DNA from: Mobula hypostoma
Lineage: Eukaryota
Direction: 5' to 3'
Length of the DNA: 60,000 nucleotides
Assembly (NCBI RefSeq): GCF_963921235.1
Contig: NC_086097.1
Span: forward strand, 106,890,001 to 106,950,000
Shown here in pieces: positions 12,605 to 25,260 of this stretch; within the stretch, counting starts at the first letter, position 1, and the number at the start of each line of letters is the position of its first letter. The notes under the pieces are model-generated. The model ran no database searches. It was not told the origin of the DNA and saw only the letters and a program-made list of their open reading frames with translations. The position numbers and the translations under genes are program-made.

Positions 12605-12931
12605 TTGATCTCTCTCATTAATTGTCCACCTTGACGACCCCTTCGTCTGGCGGGTAATCCTCCAAAGGACTCCTGAAGAACCATTAAGATTACCTGAGTA
12701 CTATGGTAAGAAGAGTGAGCTTGAGGATTCGCCCTGGTACAAGAAGAGTGGGTTTGAGGATTCACCCTGGATAACAGTTAGAGGATTCACTGGAGTAAGC
12801 TTACAATAATTTGCCTGTCTCGGACACCCTGCCTTAGACCGGTTGTAAAGAGGCAAAATCCCCCACGCAAAGGTCAGGACCCTGAAGTGGGTGCAGAGAG
12901 ACACGGCACAAAATTAACGGATTAATGGAAA

Positions 12932-14390
12932 ATGGGTCAGACCCTTGATAAGTCAGGACCGGACACCCCTTGTTTAAAATTTCTAAGGAGAATCCTAGGA
13001 ATGGAAATGATTTCCATGAATTATCTGCCTCATTAAATAAGAAACTGGGAAATGGAATGTGGCCATTAGGAGAGACCTAGGATGTGGAAAAATGCATTCA
13101 AGCAGAGGAGGCAATGTGGAAATGAAATTCAGGGGAAAAATGCAAAATTTTAATGTCAACATGGAGAAAAATGGCCGAGGAATTAACCAATAAGTCTAGA
13201 CAAAGTAGTTGGGAACACAATGCACGTAGAAGAGGAAATAGTGTATGTGATAGGGAAGGCAAACCCAACCCATGGGAAGTGTTGAAGTATCAGTGTGAGG
13301 AGCATGATAAAGGACAGAAAAGGAGGGAGAAAACCGGAGAAGGAACTGGACAGGAACATGAGGGTGCTAATTACCAGGGTAAAACGCAGATACCACCAGA
13401 CAAGTCTGGATTGCCCATGTTGTTCCAAAACGAGACCGATGACACAGATGAAACGGAGGAGGATTAGCTAGTGTGACCCACAGCCCCCGTTTATCCTCCC
13501 TTCCCACAACCACAGGCATCACAACCTCCACCCCTGTACTCCCCCCAAGGCCCCCATGGGCAGGAACAGGATCGGGAGTCGGGACAATTCACCGAACTAG
13601 GAGTCAAACTAAACAGCAGTCGAAGGAAAAGCCCTCCCGACTGCCAGTGTCCAAAGGAAGGGGCAGAAGGAGGAATTGTCTGGTAGGAGATGGACCCTTG
13701 ATAGACCCAGATGAGGAATACGATGATGACAATCCTTTCGGGCCAGGGGCCCCAAGTGCTAGTAGTCCCCAACTGCTGCCAACCCAAATTGTTCCTAATC
13801 CCCATGGAAATACTCAGCACCTTACTCTGCAGGTTTATACCCCCTGGAAACCACATGAAACGTGCATGATCATGGGCAAGGCACCTAATCGTAAGAAGAG
13901 TCCTGACGATTTTATAGACTATATAATAGGTACCATTCAAATGTATCAGGCTACTCCCCAAGATCTTCTAGTCTATGTTCTATGGCTCTCACTGAAGATG
14001 AACAGACCAAATGGTACAAGGGGCTGGATAATCATAGTAATTGTCAGGCATTTTCAGCAGCAACCCATGACCCCCAGTAACAGGCAGACACGGATTAAAC
14101 GAGCTCTTAAAACAACCCTCCAGTAGCCCATTGACATGACTAAAGTTTTAAAATGTAGACCGAAGGATAAAGAAGACGGTACTGACTTTTGGAACCGTTT
14201 CTGTTCCACCTACGCGACTTATGCCGGGGACACCGCCTATAATGCTGGTAATCCCTCACCCCAGTTTAATGCTATTCTCTTGCAATGTACCTCTGAGAAT
14301 ATCGCAACTGCTATAATGACCAACAATATGAACTGGTCAGGTAACTCGCGACCCCAAATGAAGTGAGCACTCATTTTTTACTGGAACCCG
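12932..14390 (+). pseudogene. gag: ERV gag (MA-CA), frameshifted
   Basis: Starts MGQTLDK (myristoylation-type), proline-rich region, CA-like QVYTPWKP...MYQATPQDL, MHR-like CRPKDKEDGTDFWNRF. Confidence 0.75.
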
Positions 14391-15929
14391 CCTTAGCAGC
14401 TATGCCATTGTGAATGACTCAGCTGAGGTCGAGTCAGCATCCTTACAACCTTCTGTCTCGGCACAAAAGGCAGAACTATTTGCCTTGACGAGAGCCTGTA
14501 TATTGGCCAAGGATAAAGTGGTCAATATTTTTACTGACTCCTATTACGCTTTTGGGGTAGCTCATGACTTTGGGCAATTGTGGGCCCACTGGGGATTCCT
14601 CACTTCAGCACAGATCCCTATCCATAATGCCTCATATGTAAAGAACCTCCTTAGTGCCATCCTCCTCCCAAAACAATTGGCTATCATTAAGTGCTCAGCG
14701 CATCTCTCCGACTCCTCTACAGTTACCCAAGGTAATCATCGGGAGGACAGGGAAGCCAAATTAGTGGCGCAGACTGCCATTTACATTGTCTCCACGGCAG
14801 AGAAAGTGGCCTTGGCCTGCAGGCCAACCACAACAATGAAGGGTATTCCAGACATGGACACTGTACAACAACTACAGGGGGACGCCCCTGATTCAGAAAA
14901 ACTGATCTAGAAGACACATGGGTGTTCGCACTCTGCCTCCGAGAGCCTCTGGCTCACTCCAGTTGGCCAAGTATGTATACCTGATGCTTTGTTCCCAATG
15001 CTTATTGTTTGCCTGCATACTGATATGCATCTTGGCAAGGAGGGAATGAATAACATTTTATTACGCACCTGGTGGCACCCTAGATTGGAAGAGGTGGTAC
15101 AAGAGAAAATACAATCATGTCTGACATGCCAACAAACGCAGGAAAAGGAGTAAAATGTGCGCCCGGAAAAACGCCCTTGTCAAGTGGTCCTTTTGAATGC
15201 ATTCAGTTTGATTTTATCGAACTATCACGTGTACACTGTTACAAGTATTGTTTAGTGACTGTAGATGTGTTCAGTATATGGATTTTAGCCTTTCCGACCA
15301 CCAATAATAAAGCTTCCACAGTGGTAAGGTTGTAACTTACAGAGATTATACCAAGATTCGGGGTACGCAGACAGTTAAGTTCGGGCAATAGTCCTCATTT
15401 TGTGGGAAAAATAAATAAAGAGCTATGCGAGGTGCTGCACATTGAACTGCAGGAGTAGTGGAGCGGGCTAATGGCACCCTGAAAAATAAGCTGGCTAAGT
15501 TAATGTCTGAAATCGGACTGAACTGGCTGAAGGTCCTTCCGTTAGCTTTGTATCATATGAGGATTACTCCCCATTCCACGACTGGAGTATCAGCAGCTGA
15601 AATTGTTCATGGACGTCCTGGAAGGACCCCCATGAGATAATAACACACAGTCTCCCACTCAAATTGACCTTAATGTCATGGGGGATGAATTGCAAAGTAT
15701 TTCAAGCAATTAACATCCTCTCTAAAGTTTCTTCATTCTCAGGTGCAGGAGGCATTTAAGCCACAGGAAAAACCAGAGACAGAGTGGCCAGATTCGGTAC
15801 TGATAAGGGATTGGGAGCGCCCCAAGCGTGGACCCCAGTGAAAAGGACCTTTTCAGATCTTTCTCCAAACGCCCACAGCAGTAGAAGTACAAGGCACAAC
15901 CAGTGGATTCACCTGAGCGATTGTAAGTG
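14391..15929 (+). pseudogene. pol: ERV pol remnant: RNase H plus integrase
   Basis: SAQKAELFALTRAC, VNIFTDSYYAFG, IIKCSAH (RNase H). HTDMHLG...CLTC (HHCC), IQFDFI, VERANGTLKNKL, KGPFQIFLQTPTAV, WIHLSDCK (integrase). Confidence 0.92.
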
Positions 15930-18900
15930 ATGGTCGCCAGACAAAAAGTGATCGTTGTTGGACTTGGACTCTTTATGTTTGTACTAACGGATACTTTGGA
16001 AAGTAATCTCTTTTATGAAATGCATATGCGATTATATGGTAACAGAACTGTATATTGCCCCTTAGCTCAACCCGTGGAGGCACTATTCGTGGCTAACCCA
16101 TCCAAAAGGAGGTGGGAGGATTTAGTGGAAGAGGATAGGTCAGGCAGAGAGTGTAAAGGTGATAAGGGAAGGTTTACAAGAGGGAGTAGGGGACGGTGTG
16201 TGGAAAGTCTGAACGGTACCTCTAGGTGGACCTCTGAGAATTGGCAATCCAAGTGCTGGGGCACTCGGCCCTGGCTAAAGGCACAAATGCAATGAAACTT
16301 CGATCGGGAAGAGGGCGTTGGGTCACTAACTCTAGCTGTAGGGGCACCCAAAGCTACCCTTTCTGTTTCCAGGGATTAGGATGGGGGTATGTAATTGCCA
16401 AAGTCCCTAAGAACAACCCCTGCATTGAAAAGCAGTGTCTGAATCATGATCGCAGAATAAAATGAGGGAAGTTTTCATGTACCTGTATTCGAGAAAGGTG
16501 TGTTTCCCTATCCAAAGGGAGTCAGTATGTATGTGGTCATTGTAATGCGACCCACGTTTCTAGAGGGACAACGTCACTAGCTTTCGCCTCAATAAACTGC
16601 TCTGAACATACCTGGTATCAGAAAATACTTTCTTCTGGTAGTTCCACATGCTACTGGGCAAAGAGCCTCCACTATTCACAGTAGGAACCATCAGTCCTCT
16701 CACCGTTCCTTGCCTGCAGGAAGCCCACGTTCGACGACGACTGGTGGCTCGATCCATCAGTAAAGAATTTTGTGTGGATTAAAAGAACCCAGTAACTGTA
16801 CAGATTGAAAAGGAGGAGGTCCTTGCTGTCTTGAGGAAAATTAAAGTGGATAAATCCCCGGGACCTGACAGGGTGTTCCCTCGGACCTTGAAGGAGACTA
16901 GTGTTGAAATTGCAGGGGCCCTGGCAGAAATATTCAAAATGTCGCTGTCTACAGGTGAGGTGCCAGAGGATTGGAGAGTGGCTCATGTTGTTCCGTTATT
17001 TAAAAAAGGATCGAAAAGTAATCCGGGAAATTATAGGCCAGTAAGTTTAATGTCGGTAGTAGGTAAGTTATTGGAGGGAGTACTAAGAGACAGAATCTAC
17101 AAGCATTTGGATAGACAGGGATTTATTAGGGAGAGTCAACATGGCTTTGTGCGTGGTAGGTCATGTTTGACCAATCTATTGGAGTTTTTCGAGGAGGTTA
17201 CCAGGAAAGTGGATGAAGGGAAGGCAGTCAATATTGTCTACATGGACTTCAGTAAGGTCCCGCATGGGAGGTTAGTTAGGAAAATTCAGTCGCTAGGTAT
17301 ACATGGAGAGGTGGTAAATTGGATTAGACATTGGCTCAATGGAAGAAGCCAAAGAGTGGTAGTAGAGAATTGCTTCTCCGAATGGAGGCCTGTGACTAGT
17401 GGTGTGCCACAGGGATCAGTGCTGGGTCCATTGTTATTTGTCATCTATATCAATGATCTGGATGATAATGTGGTAAATTGGATCAGCAAATTTGCTGATG
17501 ATACAAAGATTGGAGGTGTAGTAGACAGTGAGGAAGGTTTTCAGAGCCTGCAGAGGGACTTGGACCAGCTGGAAAAATGGGCTGAAAATTGGCAGATGGA
17601 GTTTAATATAGACAAGTGTGAGGCATTGAATGTTGGAAGGACAAACCAAGGTAGAACATACAAGGTTAATGGTAAGGCACTGAGGAGTGCTGTGGAACAA
17701 AGGGATCTGGGAATACAGATACAAAATTCCCTAAAAGTGGTGTCACAGGTAGATAGGGTCGTAAAGAGAGCTTTGGGTACCATTGGCCTTTATTAATCAA
17801 AGTATTGAGTATAAGAGCTAGAATGTTATGATGAGGTTGTATAAGGCATTGGTGAGGCCGAATCTGGAGTATTGTGTTCTGTTTTGGTCACCAAATTACA
17901 GGAAGGATATAAATAAGGTTGAAAGAGTGCAGAGAAGGTTTACAAGGATGTTGCCGGAACTTGAGAAACTCAGTTACAGAGAAAGGTTGAATAGGTTAGG
18001 ACTTCATTCCCTGGAGCATAGAAGAATGAGGGGAGATTTGATAGAGGTATATAAAATTATGATGGGTATAGATAGAGTGAATGCAAGCAGGCTTTTTCCA
18101 CTGAGGCAAGGGGAGAAAAAAACCAGAGGACATGGGTTAAGGGTGAGGGGGGGGGCGAAATTTAAAGGGAACATTAGGGGGGGCTTCTTCACACAGAGAG
18201 TGGTGGGAGTATGGAATGAGCTGCTAGACAAGGTGGTAAATGTGGGTTCTTTTTGAACATTTAAGAATAAATTGGACAGATACATGGATGGGAGGTGTAT
18301 GGAGGGATATGGTCCGTGTGCAGGTCAGTGGGACTATGCAGAAAATGGTTCCGCACAGCCAAGAAGGGCCAAAAGGCCTTTTTCTGTGCTGTAATTTCTA
18401 TGGTTTCTATGGTTTGTAACTCTAGGATTATCTTTGGGCTATGGGTTCCTGAGTACTCTCTCTCTGGGGGGTTCAGCAGGGACCATAGCTGCAAAAAAAA
18501 AAAAATCGCAACCACCTCATCTGTGGGCTGATGGCATTGGGGAACAGCACAATGTAGGGCCTGGAGGCAATCAACCAAGAAATGGCAGAACTTCGACTTT
18601 ATGCTCTGCAGACCCGGTATGCCATGGACTACCAATTAGCTCAGCAAGAAGGCGTGTGTGCCATAGTTGGGGATAAGTACATCACTCATGTCAGGGACGA
18701 ACCCTATAACATCTCTCATGCAATCCTAGAGATTCAGGAGCAGTTAGATAGTTTTAGGCAAGGGTCCGCCGGAGGAGAAGGGTGGCTCAGCTGGTTGTTA
18801 GGGGGATCGTGGGGCTCTTATCTCCTGCATGGGCTAATCATTCTTGTTGTGATTATCATTGTGTGTTGTTTACTGTTGACCTGTTTAAACACTTGCTGCA

Positions 18901-18947
18901 AGGCTTTCACTACCAAATTAGCGGCACTGTTTTCAGCCCCAATTTAA
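15930..18947 (+). pseudogene. env: ERV env (signal peptide, SU, TM), interrupted by a CR1
   Basis: Hydrophobic leader VIVVGLGLFMFVL, Cys-rich SU, fusion-peptide-like LGLSLGYGFLSTLSLGGSAGTIAA, ISD-like LQTRYAMDYQLAQQEGVC, membrane anchor LIILVVIIIVCCLLL. Confidence 0.88.
16798..18415 (+). mobile_element. 5'-truncated CR1 LINE (RT) inserted in env
   Basis: ORFs 16831-17796 and 17828-18256 with GVPQGSVLGP and KFADDTK. (TTTCTATGG)n tail. GTAACT duplicated at 16792-16797 and 18416-18421. Confidence 0.95.
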
Positions 18948-18979
18948 TTGTGTTATCATGATATGATAAAAGGAGGGAA

Positions 18980-19444
18980 TGAAATGGTAAAGGGTTAATT
19001 TGTTCTGCTGACATGTAAAAATTAGACTTCAAGCTAAGCTCTGCTGGCTTGTGCACCTGCAGAATGGGATGTGGTGAAACTGTCCAAAAAAATGTGGAAC
19101 CACGGTTGAAAAACGAGAGACTATCTCATCCTGCACATTTCATATGGTTGATGACTTTTGGCCATTAAGGGAACTAAGGGATCTTTGTCTTGAAATACAA
19201 CTGTTGCTGGGCATGTGACTATGGGGTAGCTAAAACATTGTTTCCTGCTAAGTGACAAAAAGGGTATAAAAAAGACTCTGTATCTGTGTGCAGGGAGAGA
19301 GACCACTGGTATAGACCCTGTGTGTGCCCAAGAAGTGCGCGCTCTCTCCAGTAGTGAGCTACTAATAAAGAAGCAGTTGCTTTATCTCCCGTAGTACTGT
19401 GTGTTCTTGCATCAGGTAACGGGTGATAATTAGAAGGTTTAACA
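18980..19444 (+). repeat. ERV 3' LTR
   Basis: TG start after the PPT, TATAAA 19265-19270, AATAAA 19364-19369, ends TTTAACA where CR1 sequence begins. Confidence 0.85.
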
Positions 19445-20225
19445 CACTAGAACAGAGGGATCTAGTAATACACAGCCATAATTCCTTGAAAGTGTTATCA
19501 CAGGTAAATTGTGTCATGAAGAAAGCTTTTGGCACAATGGCCTTCATAAATCAACGTATTGAGTACAGCAGTTGGGGTGTTATGTTGAAGTTGTATAAGA
19601 ATTTCAGGAATAATATTATATACATTTCTCTGACATTAAATATACCTATTGAAACCTATGTTGGTGAGGTCTAATTTGGAGTATTGTGTCCAGTTAGGTC
19701 ACTAACCTACAGGAAATATATAAATGAGATTGAATGAGTACAGAGAAAATTTACAAGGATGTTGCTGGGACTTGAGAACCTGAGATATAGGGAAAGGTTA
19801 AATAGGTTAAGACTTTATTATTTAGCACATAGAAGATTGAGGAGAGAGCTGATAAAAGTATACAAAATTGTGAGGGGTATAGAAAGAATAAATGCAAGCA
19901 GGCTTTTTCCTCTCAGGTTGGGTGAGACCACAGGTAGAGTTCACGAGTTGAGGCTAAAAGGTGAAAAGTTTAAGGGGAACATGAGAGGGAACTTCTTCAC
20001 TCAGAGGGTGGTGACAGTGTGGAATGAATTGCCAGCGCAAGTGGTTGATAAGGGTTAATTCCAATACTTAAGAAAAATTTGGACAGGTACGTTGATGGGA
20101 GGGGTATGGAGGACTATGGTCCAGCTGCAAGTCAATGGACTAGGCAGATTAACGGTTCAGCATAGATTAGATATACCAAAGAGCCTGTTTCTGTGCTGCA
20201 ATGTTCTATGACTCCATGACTCTAA
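19445..20225 (+). mobile_element. CR1 LINE 3' fragment
   Basis: EQRDLVI, KKAFGTMAFI, GNFFTQRVVTVWNELP and a (CTATGACT)-type tail. Confidence 0.85.
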
Positions 20226-21059
20226 TGACAATAGACTACAAATGAATATTTATTCAATAAATGTTTTGGAGAAAAAAAAGACACAGATCATGTAATTTAT
20301 GTTCACATGCCAGCTTCCGTTCTTGAAAACTTCTCTTCTTACAACATTAATTTGCAATATCCTTTGATTTGAATTTTGCAACCACATTTAGCCAAAGTTC
20401 TGTGTGGATTGCTAGAGTGAGCCTGATTTTGTTTTGGCTTTAAGTGGTTAACCATTCATCTACCCATTATTAGCAAGTGTCCACTCTGTTTTCCCGAATA
20501 GTCATCATTCCACCTCAATGCTGCTAACTCACAGCCAATCGCCAATCTGGTGCTTACATCCAAATTCCTTGCTGATCTGCTTAAGTTCTCACCCTACCAA
20601 AATGCTGCCAACAGGAATTCCCAAATCACAGTGGTTCAATAAGCCATCTGCCACTTTTACTCCTAAACTGAGCATTCTTTTCTCGATATCTGTCCGCTAA
20701 GAGTTTACTGCTGATTATTATCTAGTGACTTCTGCTGGAAAATGCTTTTATATGCATTGGCTAAGTAGAGAATACAACTTTATCATTTTGTCTCTGACTG
20801 TACAGCTTGCTAACATTATTCAGCTTTTTAATGTTGCAAGGAAGAATAAACGCTTGGGTGATGCACCATAAACTGTTTGCATCTGGTTCACTGTGCCAAA
20901 TTTGAAAAAAAAATTGAACAAAAAGAGAATATTACAGTAGATTTTATTAATAATATACACTTCCATTGAAGACTTCAGCAGAATGTTGTTTGTCACTGTA
21001 ATTCCACACACTTCACCCTTTTCTCTATTAGTGCGCATGTGCCGGTCGTGCATGCAGCC

Positions 21060-21987
21060 TGTTACAGCCGTTCCGACTAGGATTCTTACTTCTTTCTTCT
21101 TACTTTTTTAACTTACGTTATTTGTTGTTGTTTTTTTCACGGTAACACATTGAAGCTGCACCCTCTCTAACATGCTGGTACAGAGAGTTTTATTTGGGTT
21201 TTTAGCGCTGGAAATAGTTACATTCCAACATGTCTCATTAGCGGGGCAACAGTATGGTCGCATTGTTTATTCCAGGGACCAGCTGATTGAGCTTATGCTG
21301 GCCAGTTTAGCGAGCAGAGCAGTGGACACCCCGGCTGAAACCTGGAGGAAAACACACAGAGGATGCAGAGGGGGACCACAAAGGCGAGGAAAGAGGACCG
21401 GGTCGAGACAACAGAGATTTATGGAGAAGAGGAGTTCGGTGGGTAATAAAATGGACGCGTTCACGGCGCTAGCCAGGCGTCAGAGAACATTTCAGGAGTG
21501 CAGTGTTATGTATTTTACTGGAACGGGGCTGCACGAGGACATACCTGATCAAAACTTTTCCACGGACGGCATCCAGACCGTTTGGGCTGACCGGAAGTGC
21601 ACTGAAAGCGGTAAGTGTAAAGGAGTCGGATGGTGCAATCCGGGTCATATTACGATCGAGGAACGTGTTTGTAGACCGGATATTCAACTTTTTGCTGTTG
21701 GACTCCAGCCATATTCCACCGAGATACAACACTGTGCGGCACGGGAGGTTGTTCCTGCCTGTGACCATCGAACTTTGCAGCTCCTCCCGTGGGGGGTCAG
21801 ACACCCTGAGCCAATAGGCTGGTCCTAGACTTACTTCCATCTGGCATAGTTTGCATTTTGTTGTTTGATTGTTTGTGGTTTTTGTATTGCTATATTTATG
21901 CTCTATTCTTGGTTGGTGAGGCTGTAACGAAACCCAATTTCCCTCGGGATCAATAAAGTATATCTATCTATCTATCTATCTATCTAT
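21060..21987 (+). mobile_element. Internally deleted Rex-Babar-like element
   Basis: ORF 21172-21828 with YSRDQLIEL and an APE-like fragment joined to a 3' end (GRLFLPVTIEL), then AATTTCCCTCGGGATCAATAAAGTA and a (TATC)n tail. Confidence 0.65.
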
Positions 21988-23424
21988 TTTACTCCAGAGT
22001 CAACATCAACATAGCTTTGCTGAGCACACAGACCACACAGTTAGTGGTCATGCAATGTTCCTGATAACACTGTCATGAATCTGAGAATTGGCTAGTTGTC
22101 ACATCTGAAACATATTTATTCAGTTAGCATTCCCAGACAGTTCAGAACAGAGAACCTAAGAATGATAATTATGAATGATAATGAACAATATTAACTGTTT
22201 ATATCAATGTTTTACAGCCCAATTCATTTATTTCAAAATTAAGATATAATATAGGGAGGACATTTAAGGTCGCAAGTACTAACATAACATATAATGGTCA
22301 GCAGTCAATACTAACAATCACTGCCATACACAATCTGCTTGGTTTCAGATCCATGTGATAATTACTCCCTCTTTGACTTAATGAATTGAAAAGGGCAGTT
22401 TTAACAATAAGTTCATAGAATGAAAACACAGCTATTTCCTGGAACAACAAGTTGTGAATTTAACTAGATATTAGCTATCTGGTCACATGTGGTAAAGTAA
22501 GATTAATTAGGAATAGGACAGTGAAGAATCCTCTGGGCAAGAGTGATCACAAAATGATTGAGTTCCACTTTCAGGTTAATTGTGACAAGTTTAAGTCAGA
22601 AACCAAGATGTTATACCCCAATTAAGAGGTGAGTTGGCTAAATTAGAATTACAGGTCAACTGTAATACAGTTATATATTACAGGTTAAAATATATAATAC
22701 CTATATAATACAGGTTAAATCACTATAAGCAATCTGTTAGTTTGATTTGAAATGCTATAGTGCAAAAGATACCTTCTACTTTGATTCTGTATTTGAAATT
22801 TTCATCTGCTATGGTGTGGACCTAGTCCAGGGCTACAGATTCCCTGCATTTGGAAAATCAATTGCAAAATGCCAAAAAATATCCATTGCCTCTGTTGTAA
22901 TTTAGCAAACAGATGCACAGATTTCAAGTCTTTATGGCTTGTCCAGTACTGAAATAAGTATTTGTGTGGATGGCAGTCAAGTATTAGATGTAGAGACTTT
23001 AAACACAGAACTTGTCGATAAGGATTTTTAATTAAACCATTAGATTGGACTAAATGATTCTTCTGAGATATATTCATAAACACTAGTGCTAGTGTAGATT
23101 TACCAAATAATACAATCAAAAAGGGTTAATTTGTGAGGCAGGTTCACTGAACTTGGATTATATTTTCTTGAATGTAGAACACTGAAAAGCAATCCAATTG
23201 AGCTATTTAATGGACAGAAGAATTTGACACAGTAGTTAATTTTTCTTAAGCCGAATTCTAAGAATAGGAAACAAACTTTAAAATTTAAAATCTGGTCAGC
23301 TAAGAGTAAATCAAGAGATGTTTATTTGACAAAACAGAGAATATCAACAACTGTCAGACCACTAAAACAATACTAAATTAATTAAAATGTTCAAAGTCAA
23401 ATGGATTTTTATTGAGTACTTGTG

Positions 23425-23890
23425 TTAAAGACCACCAAGAGGATCACAAACTTATCATGGTTTGGAGGCTTGCATGCCTTGATGACCCAGAGAGCTATGC
23501 TGGCTGGAGTCAGGGCCTTGTGCTTTGGCTCTTGGTAGGGTTATTGATGCCAAACAGGTCAAAGGGTGGAGGCCAAACTAAAAGTGGTCCATTGGTCTTC
23601 CAGGTTCAGGGGTTCATCTCAGAGCTAATAACCATGATTGGAAATAACCAATACAGAAAGAGCAATGAAGAACTCTTCCAAATCTGTGTGCAACTGTATT
23701 CCTGCATCTCCAATGGGACTTGCATGGCTGACTGTGGTAAAAACTGACAGGAAGCTACCGGCATGATGAAGGAAGCCCAGAACACTGCCAAGACCAAGAA
23801 TAAATTTGGCCAAGGACAGAAAGAGATGGAGGACTTTAATTGCTGCCCTAAATACCAACAGGCATAATGGGCAGTTAGTAAGTAAGTATC
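23425..23890 (+). mobile_element. Bipartite RTE-derived non-autonomous element (5' UTR joined to 3' end)
   Basis: RTE/Expander-like leader (GGCTTGCATGCC...GAGCTATGC...CAGGTCAAAGGGTGGAGGCCAAACTAA) joined to AKDRKRWRTLIAAL and an (AGTA)n tail. Confidence 0.55.
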
Positions 23891-25260
23891 AAAGAACATG
23901 GACCAAACTAGATTAAGCAAGCTGAGGTACATTGGAATATATTAACAGGAACAGACCATTTAACTTTTTCCACTTTGTACCATGTGCATTTTTAGATTAT
24001 CATGTTCTCATTTCAATTATTTCTATTGGTCCTAGAAATCTAGATGTGCGTGAATATCTATGATATTCAGAAACAATTAAAATTATTTCTTCCTAAAAAT
24101 ATAAACTAAAAGACTGTAAATAATTAAAAACATTAAACAAAACCAAAGTTTAAAAAAAACTTTCCTTCACCTTACCATACCTCCTCAATCCCATAATTAT
24201 TACTGGAATCTGTAGTGTATTTAATATTTCAGTAATATTTGAGTAAGATTGTAAATGTATTGTTAAATTCCGCATTGTTTGTTTACATGATTCATTATAG
24301 GTTATATGCAAGTACCTGAATGACATATGTCATTACGACACCACGTCATATGTAAACACCTCTCATAAAACTAAAGGAATAAAAAACTAAGTCAATAAAT
24401 ATTCCAGCTCCTATGTTTTTCTTTTAATTAGTTTCTGAGGTTAAAAAACATAACAGTAGCGACAAGGAAATTTTTAAATGAACCTAAGACGATTACCTAC
24501 TTGTTGAAGTGCTGCACTTTTTCTTTGACAGAGAGAGACATTTTGAGTTTAAATGAAAGGCAGAGAGCTGATGAAATTAACAAATAACAGCCATAGGTTC
24601 ATAAATAGTGAGTAGCAGGTGATAACAATAATAAATTTTAATAAAGCAGAAATGGCTGGCTACATCAGAAAAGATAAACACATTCAATTACACAACAGAT
24701 AACTGAACAAATTTATACTGAACAAATTTAGCAGCATTTTGAAACAAATGAAATAGCCAATGAAAAATAATTGCAACTGTTGCTGCGTACAATGGGAGGA
24801 AAAGCATACAGTTTGACTGCTCCAACCAAGTCAGCCGAGGTGAGCTTTGCTGATATCATGAACGAAATGCAGGAACATCCTGAACCGAAACCGCTGTTGA
24901 TTGCAGAACATTTAGGTTTCATAAGCTGAATCAAAAGGAAGGGGAGTCCATTTCAGCTTATGTAGCTAAATTGAAGAAATTGTATACACATTGTCAGTTC
25001 AGAGGTGGATTTAATGACGTTTAGTTTCAGAAATCTTACAAGAAAGCATTCAAAAATGGCTCCTAACTGAAATACAACTCACATTTAAAAGAGCAGTTGA
25101 AATAGTTGTATCAATGGGAACTGCAGCCAGAGACAATTGAATTGCAATCAAGAATGAAAGTGAGCGAAATTCCAACATCTAAACACCTGTCTAGCCAAAC
25201 AAAATGTAGAGATGGGCTCTGTTTTTTGGAGGACACAGTTACAAGATCGAACTCAAGGAG

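Larger units (their letters stand above)
12535..19444 (+). mobile_element. Class I (gamma/epsilon-like) endogenous retrovirus, defective
   Basis: Partial 5' LTR, gag, RNase H, integrase, env, PPT AAAAGGAGGGAA and 3' LTR in retroviral order. Confidence 0.9.

Noticed and set aside
18582..18947. Domesticated syncytin-like env
   Set aside because: The TM piece is open, but the upstream env has stops, frameshifts and a CR1 insertion.
20745..20762. CCAAT next to TATAAAA on the minus strand as a promoter
   Set aside because: Spacing is too tight and no downstream gene is evident.
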